A stretch of 64,000 nucleotides of DNA from Azolla caroliniana (taxonomy: Eukaryota > Plantae > Polypodiophyta): positions 62,001 to 126,000 of the forward strand of contig JBHGNT010000040.1 in the NCBI GenBank assembly GCA_043228905.1, in the 5' to 3' direction. The translations under genes and the position numbers were made by a program. Under the pieces are notes generated by a model that was not told the origin of the DNA, did no database searches, and was given only the letters and a program-made list of their open reading frames with translations. Shown one piece after another: positions 1 to 14,203 of the stretch. Within the stretch, counting starts at the first letter, position 1; each line of letters begins with the position of its first letter.

Positions 1-339
1 ATAGCTAGTGTTATTAGCTTTGATTTGCATGATGGAACACTAAAATCGAATATCACACGTCCCAGGTATGAACATTTTAATTTACTCACGTGCTCTTCTC
101 AACACCCTCCTGTTATTTACTAATTTATTCATGTCTTGCGACCTGAGTTTCAAAATCTTGATTTTTTAATTCCATATCATAGCTAGTGTTATTAGCTGCT
201 ATTCGCATGATTTGAAAACTAAAATCCGATATCACACGAGCTAGTTATGAACATTTTAATTTACTCACGCGCTCTTCTCCACTCCCTCCTCAAATTTGGT
301 AATTTCTTCATGTCTCTCGACCTGAGTTTCAAAATCTGG

Positions 340-479
340 CCCTCCCCTCCCCACCCACCATCCAACCTCGCCCTCATAGGAACTTTAGAACTGCACTACA
401 CAATCTCAAAAAAAATCAAGACATAGTTATTAAACCCGCGGATAAAAATCTAGGCACGTGCATTCTCTCTAAGGATTGG
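340..479 (+). mobile_element. 140-bp PLE 5' fragment, copy 1
   Basis: Matches 14205-14344 (ccctcccctccccacccacc...tctaaggattgg). The one visible difference is aaacccgcgg vs aaacctgcgg. It has the same left junction, tttcaaaatctgg|ccc. Confidence 0.95.
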
Positions 480-2773
480 CATAGTTGTTAGCTTCGATTC
501 GCATGTTTGAACACTAAAATCCGATATCACTCGAGCCAGGTATGACAATTTTAATTTACTCACGCGCTCTTCTCAACTCCCTCCTCTAATTTACTAATTT
601 CTTCATGTCTCTCGACCTGAGTTTCAAAATCTTGATTTTTTAAATCCATATCATAGCTAGTGTTATTAGCTGCGATTCGCACGAGTTGAACACTAAAATC
701 CGATATCACACGAGCCAGTTATGAACATTTTAATTTACTCACGCGCTCTTCTCAACTCCCTCCTCAAATTTGGTAATTTCTTCATGTCTCTCGACCTGAG
801 TTTCAAAATCTTGATTTTCTAATTCCATATCATAGCTAGTGTTGTTAGCTTCGATTCGCATGTTTGAACACAAAAATCGGATATCACACGAGTCAGGTAT
901 GACAATTTTAATTTACTCACGCGATCTTCTCAACTCCCTCGTCTGATTTACTAATTTCTTCATGTCTCTTGACCTGAGTTTCAAAATCTTGATTTTCTAA
1001 TTCCATATCAAAGCTAGTGTTGTTAGCTTCGATTCGCATCTTTGAACACTAAAATCCGATATCACACGAGCCAGGTATGACAACTTTAAGTTACTCACGC
1101 GCTCTTCTCAACTCCCTCCTCAAATTTGGTAATTTCTTCATGTCTCTCGACCTAAGTTTCAAAATCTGGATTTTTTAATTCCATATCATAGCTAGTGTTA
1201 TTAGTTGCGATTCGCATGATTTGAACACTAAAATGCGATATCACACGAGCCAGTTATGAACATTTTAATTTACTCACGCGCTCTTCTCCACTCCCTCCTC
1301 AAATTTGGTAATTTCTTCATGTCTCTCGACCTGAGTTTCAAAATCTTGATTTTTTAATTCCATATCATAGCTAGTGTTGTTAGCTTCGATTCGCATGTTT
1401 GAACACAAAAATCGGATATCACACGAGCCAGGTATGACAATTTTAATTTACTCACGCGATCTTCTCAACTCCCTCCTCTGATTTACTAATATCATCATGT
1501 CTCTCGACCTGAGTTTCAAAATCTTTATTTTCTAATTCCATATCATAGCTAGTGTTGTTAGCTTCGATTCGCATGCTTGAACACAACAATCCCATATCAC
1601 ACGAGCCAGGTACGAACATTTTAATTTACTCACGCGCTCTTCTCAACTCCCTCCTCTAATTTGGTAATTTCTTCATGTCTCTCGACCTGAGTTTCAAAAT
1701 CTTGATTTTTTAATTCCATATCATAGCTAGTGTTGTTAGCTGCGATTCGCATGTTTGAACACAACAATCCCATATCACAGAAGCCAGGTACGAACATTTT
1801 AATTTACTCACGCGGTCTTCTCAACTCCCTCCTCTAATTTGGTAATTTCTTTATGTCTCCCGACCTGAGTTTCAAAATCTTAATTTTTTAATTCCATATC
1901 ATAGCTAGTGTTGTTAGCTTCGATTCGCATGTTTGAACACAAAAATAGGATATCACACGAGCCAGGTATGACAATTTTAATTTACTGACGCGATCTTCTC
2001 AACTCCCTCCTCTGATTTACTAATTGCATCATGTCTCTCGACCTGAGTTTCAAAATCTTGATTTTCTAATTCCATATCATAGCTATTGTTAATAGTTTCG
2101 ATTCGCATGTTTGAACACAACAATCCCATATCACACGAGCCAGGTACGAACATTTTAATTTACTCACGCGCTCTTCTCAACTCCCTCCTCTAATTTGCTA
2201 ATTTCTTCATGTCTCTCGACCTGAGTTTCAAAATCTTGATTTTTTAATTCCATATCATAGCTAGTGTTGTTAGCTTTGATTTGCATGTTTAAACACTAAA
2301 ATCGGATATCACACGAGCCAGGTATGACAATTTTAATTTACTCACCTGCTCTTCTCAACTCCCTCCTCAAATTTGGTAATTTCTTCATGTCTCTCGACCT
2401 GAGTTTCAAAATCTTGATTTTTTAATTCCATATCATAGCTAGTGTTATTAGCTTTGATTTGCATGATGGAACACTAAAATCGAATATCACACGTCCCAGG
2501 TATGAACATTTTAATTTACTCACGTGCTCTTCTCAACACCCTCCTGTTATTTACTAATTTATTCATGTCTTGCGACCTGAGTTTCAAAATCTTGATTTTT
2601 TAATTCCATATCATAGCTAGTGTTATTAGCTGCTATTCGCATGATTTGAAAACTAAAATCCGATATCACACGAGCTAGTTATGAACATTTTAATTTACTC
2701 ACGCGCTCTTCTCCACTCCCTCCTCAAATTTGGTAATTTCTTCATGTCTCTCGACCTGAGTTTCAAAATCTGG

Positions 2774-2913
2774 CCCTCCCCTCCCCACCCACCATCCAAC
2801 CTCGCCCTCATAGGAACTTTAGAACTGCACTACACAATCTCAAAAAAAATCAAGACATAGTTATTAAACCCGCGGATAAAAATCTAGACACGTGCATTCT
2901 CTCTAAGGATTGG
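2774..2913 (+). mobile_element. 140-bp PLE 5' fragment, copy 2
   Basis: Copy of 340-479 at offset 2434 with one extra substitution (ctagacacg vs ctaggcacg). Left and right junctions are identical to copy 1. Confidence 0.95.
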
Positions 2914-4019
2914 CATAGTTGTTAGCTTCGATTCGCATGTTTGAACACTAAAATCCGATATCACTCGAGCCAGGTATGACAATTTTAATTTACTCACGCG
3001 CTCTTCTCAACTCCCTCCTCTAATTTACTAATTTCTTCATGTCTCTCGACCTGAGTTTCAAAATCTTGATTTTTTAAATCCATATCATAGCTAGTGTTAT
3101 TAGCTGCGATTCGCACGAGTTGAACACTAAAATCCGATATCACACGAGCCAGTTATGAACATTTTAATTTACTCACGCGCTCTTCTCAACTCCCTCCTCA
3201 AATTTGGTAATTTCTTCATGTCTCTCGACCTGAGTTTCAAAATCTTGATTTTCTAATTCCATATCATAGCTAGTGTTGTTAGCTTCGATTCGCATGTTTG
3301 AACACAAAAATCGGATATCACACGAGTCAGGTATGACAATTTTAATTTACTCACGCGATCTTCTCAACTCCCTCGTCTGATTTACTAATTTCTTCATGTC
3401 TCTTGACCTGAGTTTCAAAATCTTGATTTTCTAATTCCATATCAAAGCTAGTGTTGTTAGCTTCGATTCGCATCTTTGAACACTAAAATCCGATATCACA
3501 CGAGCCAGGTATGACAACTTTAAGTTACTCACGCGCTCTTCTCAACTCCCTCCTCAAATTTGGTAATTTCTTCATGTCTCTCGACCTAAGTTTCAAAATC
3601 TGGATTTTTTAATTCCATATCATAGCTAGTGTTATTAGTTGCGATTCGCATGATTTGAACACTAAAATCCGATATCACACGAGCCAGTTATGAACATTTT
3701 AATTTACTCACGCGCTCTTCTCCACTCCCTCCTCAAATTTGGTAATTTCTTCATGTCTCTCGACCTGAGTTTCAAAATCTTGATTTTTTAATTCCATATC
3801 ATAGCTAGTGTTGTTAGCTTCGATTCGCATGTTTGAACACAAAAATCGGATATCACACGAGCCAGGTATGACAATTTTAATTTACTCACGCGATCTTTTC
3901 AACTCCCTCCTCTGATCTACTAATTTCACCATGTCTCTCGACCTGAGTTTCAAAATCTTGATTTTCTAATTCCATTTCATAGCTAGTGTTGTTAGCTTCG
4001 ATTCGCATGTTTGAACACA

Positions 4020-7000
4020 ACAATCTCATATCACACGAGCCAGGTACGAACATTTTAATTTACTCACGCGCTCTTCTCAACTCCCTCCTCTAATTTGGTA
4101 ATTTCTTCATGTCTCTCGACCTGAGTTTCAAAATCTTGATTTTTTAATTCCATATCATAGCTAGTGTTGTTAGCTTTGATTCGCATGGTTGAACACTAAA
4201 ATCCGATATCACACGACAATTTTAATTTACTCACGCGCTCTTCTCAACTCCCTCCTCTAATTTGCTAATTTCTTCATGCCTCTCGACCTGAGTTTCAAAA
4301 TCTTGATTTTTTAATTCCATATCATAGCTAGTGTTGTTAGCTTTGATTTGCATGGTTAAACACTAAAATCGAATATCACACGTCCCAGGTATAAACATTT
4401 TAATTTACTCACGTGCTCTTCTCAACACCCTCCTCTTATTTACTAATTTATTCATGTCTTGCGACCTGAGTTTCAAAATCTTGATTTTTTAATTCCATAT
4501 CATAGCTAGTGTTATTAGCCGCGATTCGCATGATTTGAACACTAAAATCCGATATCACACGAGCTAGTTATGAACATTTTAATTTACTCACGCGCTCTTC
4601 TCCACTCCCTCCTCAAATTTGGTAATTTCTTCATGTCTCTCGACCTGAGTTTCAAAATCTTCATTTTCTAATTCCATATCATAGCTAGTGTTGTTAGCTT
4701 CGATTCGCATCTTTGAACACTAAAATCCGATATCACATGAGCCAGGTATGAACACTTTAATTTACTCACCCGCTCTTCTCAACTCCCTCCTCTAATTTGC
4801 TAATTTGTTCATGTCTCTCGACCTGAGTTTCAAAATCTTGATTTTTTAATTCCATATCATAGCTAGTGTTGTTAGTTTCGATTCGCATGTTTGAACACAA
4901 CAATCCCATATCACACGAGCCAGGTACGAACATTTTAATTTACTCACGCGCTCTTCTCAACTCCCTCCTCTAATTTGCTAATTTCTTCATGTCTCTCGAC
5001 CTAAGTTTCAAAATCTTGATTTTTTAATTCCATATCATAGCTACTGTTGTTAGCTTTGATTTGCATGGTTAAACACTAAAATCCGATATCACACGAGCCA
5101 GGTATGACAATTTTAATTTACTCACCTGCTCTTCTCAACTCCCTCCTCATATTTGGTAATTTCTTCATGTCTCTCGACCTGAGTTTCAAAATCTTGATTT
5201 TTTAATTCCATATCATAGCTAGTGTTATCAGCTTCGATTCGCATGATGGAACACTAAAATCGAATATCACACGAGCCAGGTACGAACATTTTAATTTACT
5301 CACGCGCTCTTCTCAACTCCCTCCTCTAATTTGCTAATTTCTTCATGTCTCTCGACCTGAGTTTCAAAATCTTGATTTTTTAATTCCATATCATAGCTAG
5401 TGTTGTTAGCTTTGATTCGCATGGTTGAACACTAAAATCCGATATCACACGAGCCAGTTATGAACATTTTAATTTACTCACGCGCTCTTCTCAACACCCT
5501 CCTCTTATTTACTAATTTATTCATGTCTTGCGACCTGAGTTTCAAAATCTTGATTTTTTAATTCCATATCATAGCTAGTGTTATTAGCTGCGATTCGCAT
5601 GATTTGAACACTAAAATCCGATATCACACGAGCTAGTTATGAACATTTTAATTTACTCACGCGCTCTTCTCCACTCCCTCCTCAAATATGGTAATTTCTT
5701 CATGTCTCTCGACCTGAGTTTCAAAATCTTGATTTTTTAATTCCATATCATAGCTAGTGTTGTTAGCTTTGATTCGCATGGTTGAACACAACAATCTCAT
5801 ATCACACGAGCCAGGTACGATCATTTTAATTTACTCACGCGCTCTTCTCAACTCCCTCCTCTAATTTGCTAATTTCTTCATGTCTCTCGACCTGAGTTTC
5901 AAAATCTTGATTTTTTAATTCCATATCATAGCTAGTGTTGTTAGCTTTGATTCGCATGGTTGAACACTAAAATCCGATATCACACGACAATTTTAATTTA
6001 CTCACGCGCTCTTCTCAACTCCCTCCTCTAATTTGCTAATTTCTTCATGCCTCTCGACCTGAGTTTCAAAATCTTGATTTTTTAATTCCATATCATAGCT
6101 AGTGTTGTTAGCTTTGATTTGCATGGTTAAACACTAAAATCGAATATCACACGTCCCAGGTATAAACATTTTAATTTACTCATGTGCTCTTCTCAACACC
6201 CTCCTCTTATTTACTAATTTATTCATGTCTTGCGACCTGAGTTTCAAAATCTTGATTTTTTAATTCCATATCATAGCTAGTGTTATTAGCTGCGATTCGC
6301 ATGATTTGAACACTAAAATCCGATATCACACGAGCTAGTTATGAACATTTTAATTTACTCACGCGCTCTTCTCCACTCCCTCCTCAAATTTGGTAATTTC
6401 TTCATGTCTCTCGACCTGAGTTTCAAAATCTTGATTTTTTAATTCCATATCATAGCTAGTGTTGTTAGCTTCGATTCGCATCTTTGAACACTAAAATCCG
6501 ATATCACATGAGCCAGGTATGAACACTTTAATTTACTCACGCGCTCTTCTCAACTCCCTCCTCTAATTTGCTAATTTGTTCATGTCTCTCGACCTGAGTT
6601 TCAAAATCTTCATTTTTTAATTCCATATCATAGCTAGTGTTATTAGCTGCGATTCGCATGATTTGAACACTAAAATCCGATATCACACGAGCTAGTTATG
6701 AACATTTTAATTTACTCACGCGCTCTTCTCCACTCCCTCCTCAAATTTGGTAATTTCTTCATGTCTCTCGACCTGAGTTTCAAAATCTTCATTTTCTAAT
6801 TCCATATCATAGCTAGTGTTGTTAGCTTCGATTCGCATCTTTGAACACTAAAATCCGATATCACATGAGCCAGGTATGAACACTTTAATTTACTCACACG
6901 CTCTTCTCAACTCCCTCCTCTAATTTGCTAATTTGTTCATGTCTCTCGACCTGAGTTTCAAAATCTTGATTTTTTAATTCCATATCATAGCTAGTGTTGT

Positions 7001-10000
7001 TAGCTTCGATTCGCATGTTTGAACACAACAATCCCATATCACACGAGCCAGGTACGAACATTTTAATTTACTCACGCGCTCTTCTCAACTCCCTCCTCTA
7101 ATTTGCTAATTTCTTCATGTCTCTCGACCTGAGTTTCAAAATCTTCATTTTTTAATTCCATATCATAGCTAGTGTTATTAGCTGCGATTCGCATGATTTG
7201 AACACTAAAATCCGATATCACACGAGCTAGTTATGAACATTTTAATTTACTCACGCGCTCTTCTCCACTCCCTCCTCAAATTTGGTAATTTCTTCATGTC
7301 TCTCGACCTGAGTTTCAAAATCTTCATTTTCTAATTCCATATCATAGCTAGTGTTGTTAGCTTCGATTCGCATCTTTGAACACTAAAATCCGATATCACA
7401 TGAGCCAGGTATGAACACTTTAATTTACTCACGCGCTCTTCTCAACTCCCTCCTCTAATTTGCTAATTTGTTCATGTCTCTCGACCTGAGTTTCCAAATC
7501 TTGATTTTTTAATTCCATATCATAGCTAGTGTTGTTAGCTTCGATTCGCATGTTTGAACACAACAATCCCATATCACACGAGCCAGGTACGAACATTTTA
7601 ATTTACTCACGCGCTCTTCTCAACTCCCTCCTCTAATTTGCTAATTTCTTCATGTCTCTCGACCTGAGTATCAAAATCTTGATTTTTTAATTCCATATCA
7701 TAGCTAGTGTTGTTAGCTTTGATTTGCATGGTTAAACACTAAAATCCGATATCACACGAGCCAGGTATGACAATTTTAATTTACTCACCTGCTCTTCTCA
7801 ACTCCCTCCTCATATTTGGTAATTTCTTCATGTCTCTCGACCTGAGTTTCAAAATCTTGATTTTTTAATTCCATATCATAGCTAGTGTTATCAGCTTCGA
7901 TTCGCATGATGGAACACTAAAATCGAATATCACACGAGCCAGGTACGAACATTTTAATTTACTCACGCACTCTTCTCAACTCCCTCCTCTAATTTGCTAA
8001 TTTCTTCATGTCTCTCGACCTGAGTTTCAAAATCTCGATTTTTTAATTCCATATCATAGCTAGTGTTGTTAGCTTTGATTCGCATGGTTGAACACTAAAA
8101 TCCGATATCACACGAGCCAGTTATGAACATTTTAATTTATTCACGCGCTCTTCTCAACTCCCTCCTCAAATTTGGTAATTTCTTCATGTCTCTCGACCTG
8201 AGTTTCAAAATCTTGATTTTCTAATTCCATATCATAGCTAGTGTTGTTAGCTTCGATTCGCATCTTTGAACACAAAAATCGAATATCACACGAGCGAGGT
8301 ACGAACATTTTAATTTACTCACGCGCTCTTCTCAACTCCCTCCTCTAATTTGCTAATTTCTTCATGTCTCTCGACCTGAGTTTCAAAATCTTGATTTTTT
8401 AATTCCATATCATAGCTAGTGTTATCAGCTTCGATTCGCATGATGGAACACTAAAATCGAATATCACACGAGCCAGGTACGAACATTTTAATTTACTCAC
8501 GCGCTCTTCTCAACTCCCTCCTCTAATTTGCTAATTTCTTCATGTCTCTCGACCTGAGTTTCAAAATCTTGATATTTTAATTCCATATCATAGCTAGTGT
8601 TTTTAGCTTCGATTCGCATGTTTGAACACTAAAATCCGATATCACACGAGCCAGGTATGACAACTTTAATTTACTCACGCGCTCTTCTCAACTCCCTCCT
8701 CTAATTTACTAATTTCTTCATGTCTCTCGACCTGAGTTTCAAAATCTTCATTTTCTAATTCCATATCATAGCTAGTGTTGTTAGCTTCGATTCGCATCTT
8801 TGAACACTAAAATCCGATATCACACGAGCCAGGTAGGAACATTTTAATTTACTCATGCGCTCTTCTCAACTCCCTCCTCTAATTTGCTAATTTCTTCATG
8901 TCTCTCGACCTAAGTGTCGAAATCTTGATATTTTAATTCCATATCATAGCTAGTGTTTTTAGCTTCGATTCGCATGTTTGAACACTAAAATCCGATATCA
9001 CACGAGCCAGGTATGACAACTTTAATTTACTCACGCGCTCTTCTCAACTCCCTCCTCTAATTTACTAATTTCTTCATGTCTCTCGACCTGAGTTTCAAAA
9101 TCTTGATTTTTTAATTCCATATCATAGCTAGTGTTGTTAGCTTTGATTCGCATGGTTAAACACTAAAATCCGATATCACACGAGCCAGGTATGACAATTT
9201 TAATTTACTCACCTGCTCTTCTCAACTCCCTCCTCAAATTTGGTAATTTCTTTATGTCTCTCGACCTGAGTTTCAAATTTTGATTTTTTAATTCCATATC
9301 ATATCTAGTGTTGTTAGCTTCGATTCATATCTTTGAACACTAAAATCCGATATCACATGAGCCAGGTATGACAACTTTAATTTACTCACGCGCTCTTCTC
9401 AACTCCCTCCTCAAATTTGGTAATTTCTTCATGTCTCTCGACCTGAGTTTCAAAATCTTGATTTTCTAATTCCATATCTTAGCTAGTGTTGTTAGCATCG
9501 ATTCGCATGATCGAACACTAAAATCGGATATCACACGAGCCAGGTATGAACATTTTAATTTACTCACCCGATTCGCATGGTTGAACACTAAAATCCGATA
9601 TCACACGAGCCAGGTATGACAACTTTAATTTACTCACCCGCTCTTCTCAACTCCCTCCTCAAATTTACTAATTTCTTCATGTCTCTCGACCTGAGTTTCA
9701 AAATCTTGATTTTCTAATTCCATATCATAGCTAGTGTTGTTAGCTTCGATTCGCATCTTTGAACACTAAAATCCGATATCACACGAGCCAGGTATGACAA
9801 TTTTAATTTACTCACGCGCTCCTCTCAACTCCCTCCTCAAATTTGCTAATTTCTTCATGTCTCTCGACCTGAGTTTCAAAATCTTGATTTTTTAATTCCA
9901 TATCATAGCTAGTGTTGTTAGCTTTGATTCGCATGGTTGAACACTAAAATCCGATATCACACGACAATTTTAATTTACTCACGCGCTCTTCTCAACTCCC

Positions 10001-11350
10001 TCCTCTAATTTGCTAATTTCTTCATGTCTCTCGACCTGAGTTTCAAAATCTTGATTTTTTAATTCCATATCATAGCTAGTGTTGTTAGCTTTGATTTGCA
10101 TGGTTAAACACTAAAATCGAATATCACACGTCCCAGGTATGAACATTTTAATTTACTCACGTGCTCTTCTCAACATCCTCCTCTTATTTACTAATTTATT
10201 CATGTCTTGCGACCTGAGTTTCAAAATCTTGATTTTTTAATTCCATATCATAGCTAGTGTTATTAGCTGCGATTCGCATGATTTGAACACTAAAATCCGA
10301 TATCACACGAGCTAGTTATGAACATTTTAATTTACTCACGCGCTCTTCTCCACTCCCTCCTCAAATTTGGTAATTTCTTCATGTCTCTCGACCTGAGTTT
10401 CAAAATCTTCATTTTCTAATTCCATATCATAGCTAGTGTTGTTAGCTTCGATTCGCATCTTTGAACACTAAAATCCGATATCACATGAGCCAGGTATGAA
10501 CACTTTAATTTACTCACGCGCTCTTCTCAACTCCCTCCTCTAATTTGCTAATTTGTTCATGTCTCTCGACCTGAGTTTCCAAATCTTGATTTTTTAATTC
10601 CATATCATAGCTAGTGTTGTTAGCTTCGATTCGCATGTTTGAACACAACAATCCCATATCACACGAGCCAGGTACGAACATTTTAATTTACTCACGCGCT
10701 CTTCTCAACTCCCTCCTCTAATTTGCTAATTTCTTCATGTCTCTCGACCTGAGTTTCAAAATCTTGATTTTTTAATTCCATATCATAGCTAGTGTTGTTA
10801 GCTTTGATTTGCATGGTTAAACACTAAAATCCGATATCACACGAGCCAGGTATGACAATTTTAATTTACTCACCTGCTCTTCTCAACTCCCTCCTCATAT
10901 TTGGTAATTTCTTCATGTCTCTCGACCTGAGTTTCAAAATCTTGATTTTTTAATTCCATATCATAGCTAGTGTTATCAGCTTCGATTCGCATGATGGAAC
11001 ACTAAAATCGAATATCACACGAGCCAGGTACGAACATTTTAATTTACTCACGCGCTCTTCTCAACTCCCTCCTCTAATTTGTTAATTTCTTCATGTCTCT
11101 CGACCTGAGTTTCAAAATCTTGATTTTTTAATTCCATATCATAGCTAGTGTTGTTAGCTTTGATTCGCATGGTTGAACACTAAAATCCGATATCACACGA
11201 GCCAGTTATGAACATTTTAATTTACTCACGCGCTCTTCTCAACACCCTCCTCTTATTTACTAATTTATTCATGTCTTGCGACCTGAGTTTCAAAATCTTG
11301 ATTTTTTAATTCCATATCATAGCTAGTGTTATTAGCTGCGATTCGCATGA
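4020..11350 (+). repeat. Region of recurrent ~10-monomer blocks marked by an 11-bp-deleted monomer
   Basis: acacgacaatttt followed by the cacgtcccagg/tcttgcgac monomer occurs at ~4211, ~5982 (offset 1771) and ~9959 (offset 5748). Confidence 0.75.
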
Positions 11351-11648
11351 TTTGAACACTAAAATCGAATATCACACGACCCAGGTATGAACATTTTAAT
11401 TTACTCACGTGCTCTTCTCAACTCCCTCCTCTAATTTATTAATTTATTCATGTCTCACTACCTGAGTTTCAAAATCTTGATTTTCTAATTCCATATCATA
11501 GCTAGTGTTGTTAGCATCGATTCGCATGGTGGAACACTAAAATCGGATATCACACGAGCCAGGTATGAACATTTTAATTTACTCACGCGCTCTTCTCAAC
11601 TCCCTCCTCAAGTTTACTAATTTCTTCATGTCTCTCGACCTGAGTTTC

Positions 11649-13896
11649 GCATCTTTGAACACTAAAATCGGATATCACACGAGCCAGTTACGAACATTTT
11701 AATTTACTCACGCGCTCTTCTCAACTCCCTCCTCTAATTTACTAATTTCTTTTTAATTTACTCACGTGCTCTTCTCAACTCCCTCCTCTGATTTACTAAT
11801 TTTATCATGTCTCTCGACCTGAGTTTCAAAATCTTGATTTTCTAATTCCATATTATAGCTAGTGTTGTTAGCTTCGATTTGCATCTTTGAACACTAAAAT
11901 CCGATATAACACGAGCCAGGTACGAACATTTTAATTTACTCACGCGCTCTTCTCAAATCCCTCCTCTAATTTGCTAATTTCTTCATGTCTCTCGACCTGA
12001 GTGTCAAAATCTTGATTTTTTAATTCCATATTATAGCTAGTGTTGTTAGCTTCGATTCGCATGTTTGAACACTAAAATCCGATATCACACAAGCCAGGTA
12101 TGACAATTTTAATTTACTCACGCGCTCTTCTTAACTCCCTCCTCTAATTTACTAATTTCTTCATGTCTCTCGACCTGAGTTTCAAAATCTTGATTTTCTA
12201 ATTCCATATCATTGCTAGTGTTGTTAGCTTCGATTCGCATCTTTGAACACTAAAATCCGATATCACACGAGCCAGTTATGAACATTTTAATTTACTCACG
12301 CGCTCTTCTCAACTCCCTCCTCTTATTTACTAATTTCTTCATGTCTCTCGACCTGAGTTTCAAAATCTTGATTTTCTAATTCCATATCATAGCTAGTGTT
12401 GTTAGCTTCGATTCGCATGTTTGAACACTAAAATCCGATATCACACAAGCCAGGTATGACAATTTTAATTTACTCACGCGCTCTTCTTAACTCCCTCCTC
12501 TAATTTACTAATTTCTTCATGTCTCTTGACCTGAGTTTCAAAATCTTGATTTTCTAATTCCATATCATTGCTAGTGTTGTTAGCTTCGATTCACATCTTT
12601 GAACACTAGAATCCGATATCACACGAGCCAGGTATGACAACTTTAATTTACTCACGCGCTCTTCTCAACTCCCTTCTCAAATTTGGTAATTTCTTCATGT
12701 CTCTCGACCTGAGTTTCAAAATCTTGATTTTCTAATTCCATATCATAGCTAGTGTTGTTAGCTTCGATTCGCATCTTTGAACACTAAAATCGGATATCAC
12801 ACGAGCCAGTTACGAACATTTTAATTTACTCACGCGCTCTTCTCAACTCCCTCCTCTAATTTACTAATTTCTTTTTAATTTACTCACGTGCTCTTCTCAA
12901 CTCCCTCCTCTGATTTACTAATTTTATCATGTCTCTCGACCTGAGTTTCAAAATCTTGATTTTCTAATTCCATATTATAGCTAGTGTTGTTAGCTTCGAT
13001 TTGCATCTTTGAACACTAAAATCCGATATAACACGAGCCAGGTACGAACATTTTAATTTACTCACGCGCTCTTCTCAAATCCCTCCTCTAATTTGCTAAT
13101 TTCTTCATGTCTCTCGACCTGAGTGTCAAAATCTTGATTTTTTAATTCCATATTATAGCTAGTGTTGTTAGCTTCGATTCGCATGTTTGAACACTAAAAT
13201 CCGATATCACACAATCCAGGTATGACAATTTTAATTTACTCACGCGCTCTTCTTAACTCCCTCCTCTAATTTACTAATTTCTTCATGTCTCTCGACCTGA
13301 GTTTCAAAATCTTGATTTTCTAATTCCATATCATTGCTAGTGTTGTTAGCTTCGATTCGCATCTTTGAACACTAAAATCCGATATCACACGAGCCAGTTA
13401 TGAACATTTTAATTTACTCACGCGCTCTTCTCAACTCCCTCCTCTTATTTACTAATTTCTTCATGTCTCTCGACCTGAGTTTCAAAATCTTGATTTTCTA
13501 ATTCCATATCATAGCTAGTGTTGTTAGCTTCGATTCGCATGTTTGAACACTAAAATCCGATATCACACAAGCCAGGTATGACAATTTTAATTTACTCACG
13601 CGCTCTTCTTAACTCCCTCCTCTAATTTACTAATTTCTTCATGTCTCTTGACCTGAGTTTCAAAATCTTGATTTTCTAATTCCATATCATTGCTAGTGTT
13701 GTTAGCTTCGATTCACATCTTTGAACACTAGAATCCGATATCACACGAGCCAGGTATGACAACTTTAATTTACTCACGCGCTCTTCTCAACTCCCTTCTC
13801 AAATTTGGTAATTTCTTCATGTCTCTCGACCTGAGTTTCAAAATCTTGATTTTCTAATTCCATATCATAGCTAGTGTTGTTAGCTTCGATTCGCAT
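11649..13896 (+). repeat. Tandem duplication, unit 1122 bp (6 monomers + 54 bp)
   Basis: Private markers recur at offset 1122: ctaatttctttttaatttactcacgtg (11741/12863), gatataacacg, tctcaaatcc, tcacatctttgaacactaga (12591/13713). Confidence 0.92.
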
Positions 13897-14203
13897 GTTT
13901 GAACACTAAAGTCCGATATCACACAAGCCAGGTATGACAATTTTAATTTACTCACGCGCTCTTCTCAACTCCCTCCTCTAATTTACTTATTTCTTCATGT
14001 CTCTCGACCTGAGTTTCAAAATCTTTATTTTCTAATTCCATATCATAGCTAGTGTTGTTAGCTTCGATTCGCATCTTTGAACACTAAAAGCCGATATCAC
14101 ACGAGCCAGGTATGACAACTTTAATTTACTCACGCGCTCTTCTCAACTCCCTCCTCAAATTTGGTAATTTCTTCATGTCTCTCGACCTGAGTTTCAAAAT
14201 CTG

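Larger units (their letters stand above)
1..3894 (+). repeat. Block duplication 1-~1460 / 2435-~3894 (offset 2434) carrying the PLE fragment
   Basis: Private variants recur at a constant offset of 2434: cctcctgttattt, gctattcgcatgatttgaaaact, tttaaatccata, cgcacgagttg, ctttaagttact, and the PLE fragment. Confidence 0.9.
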
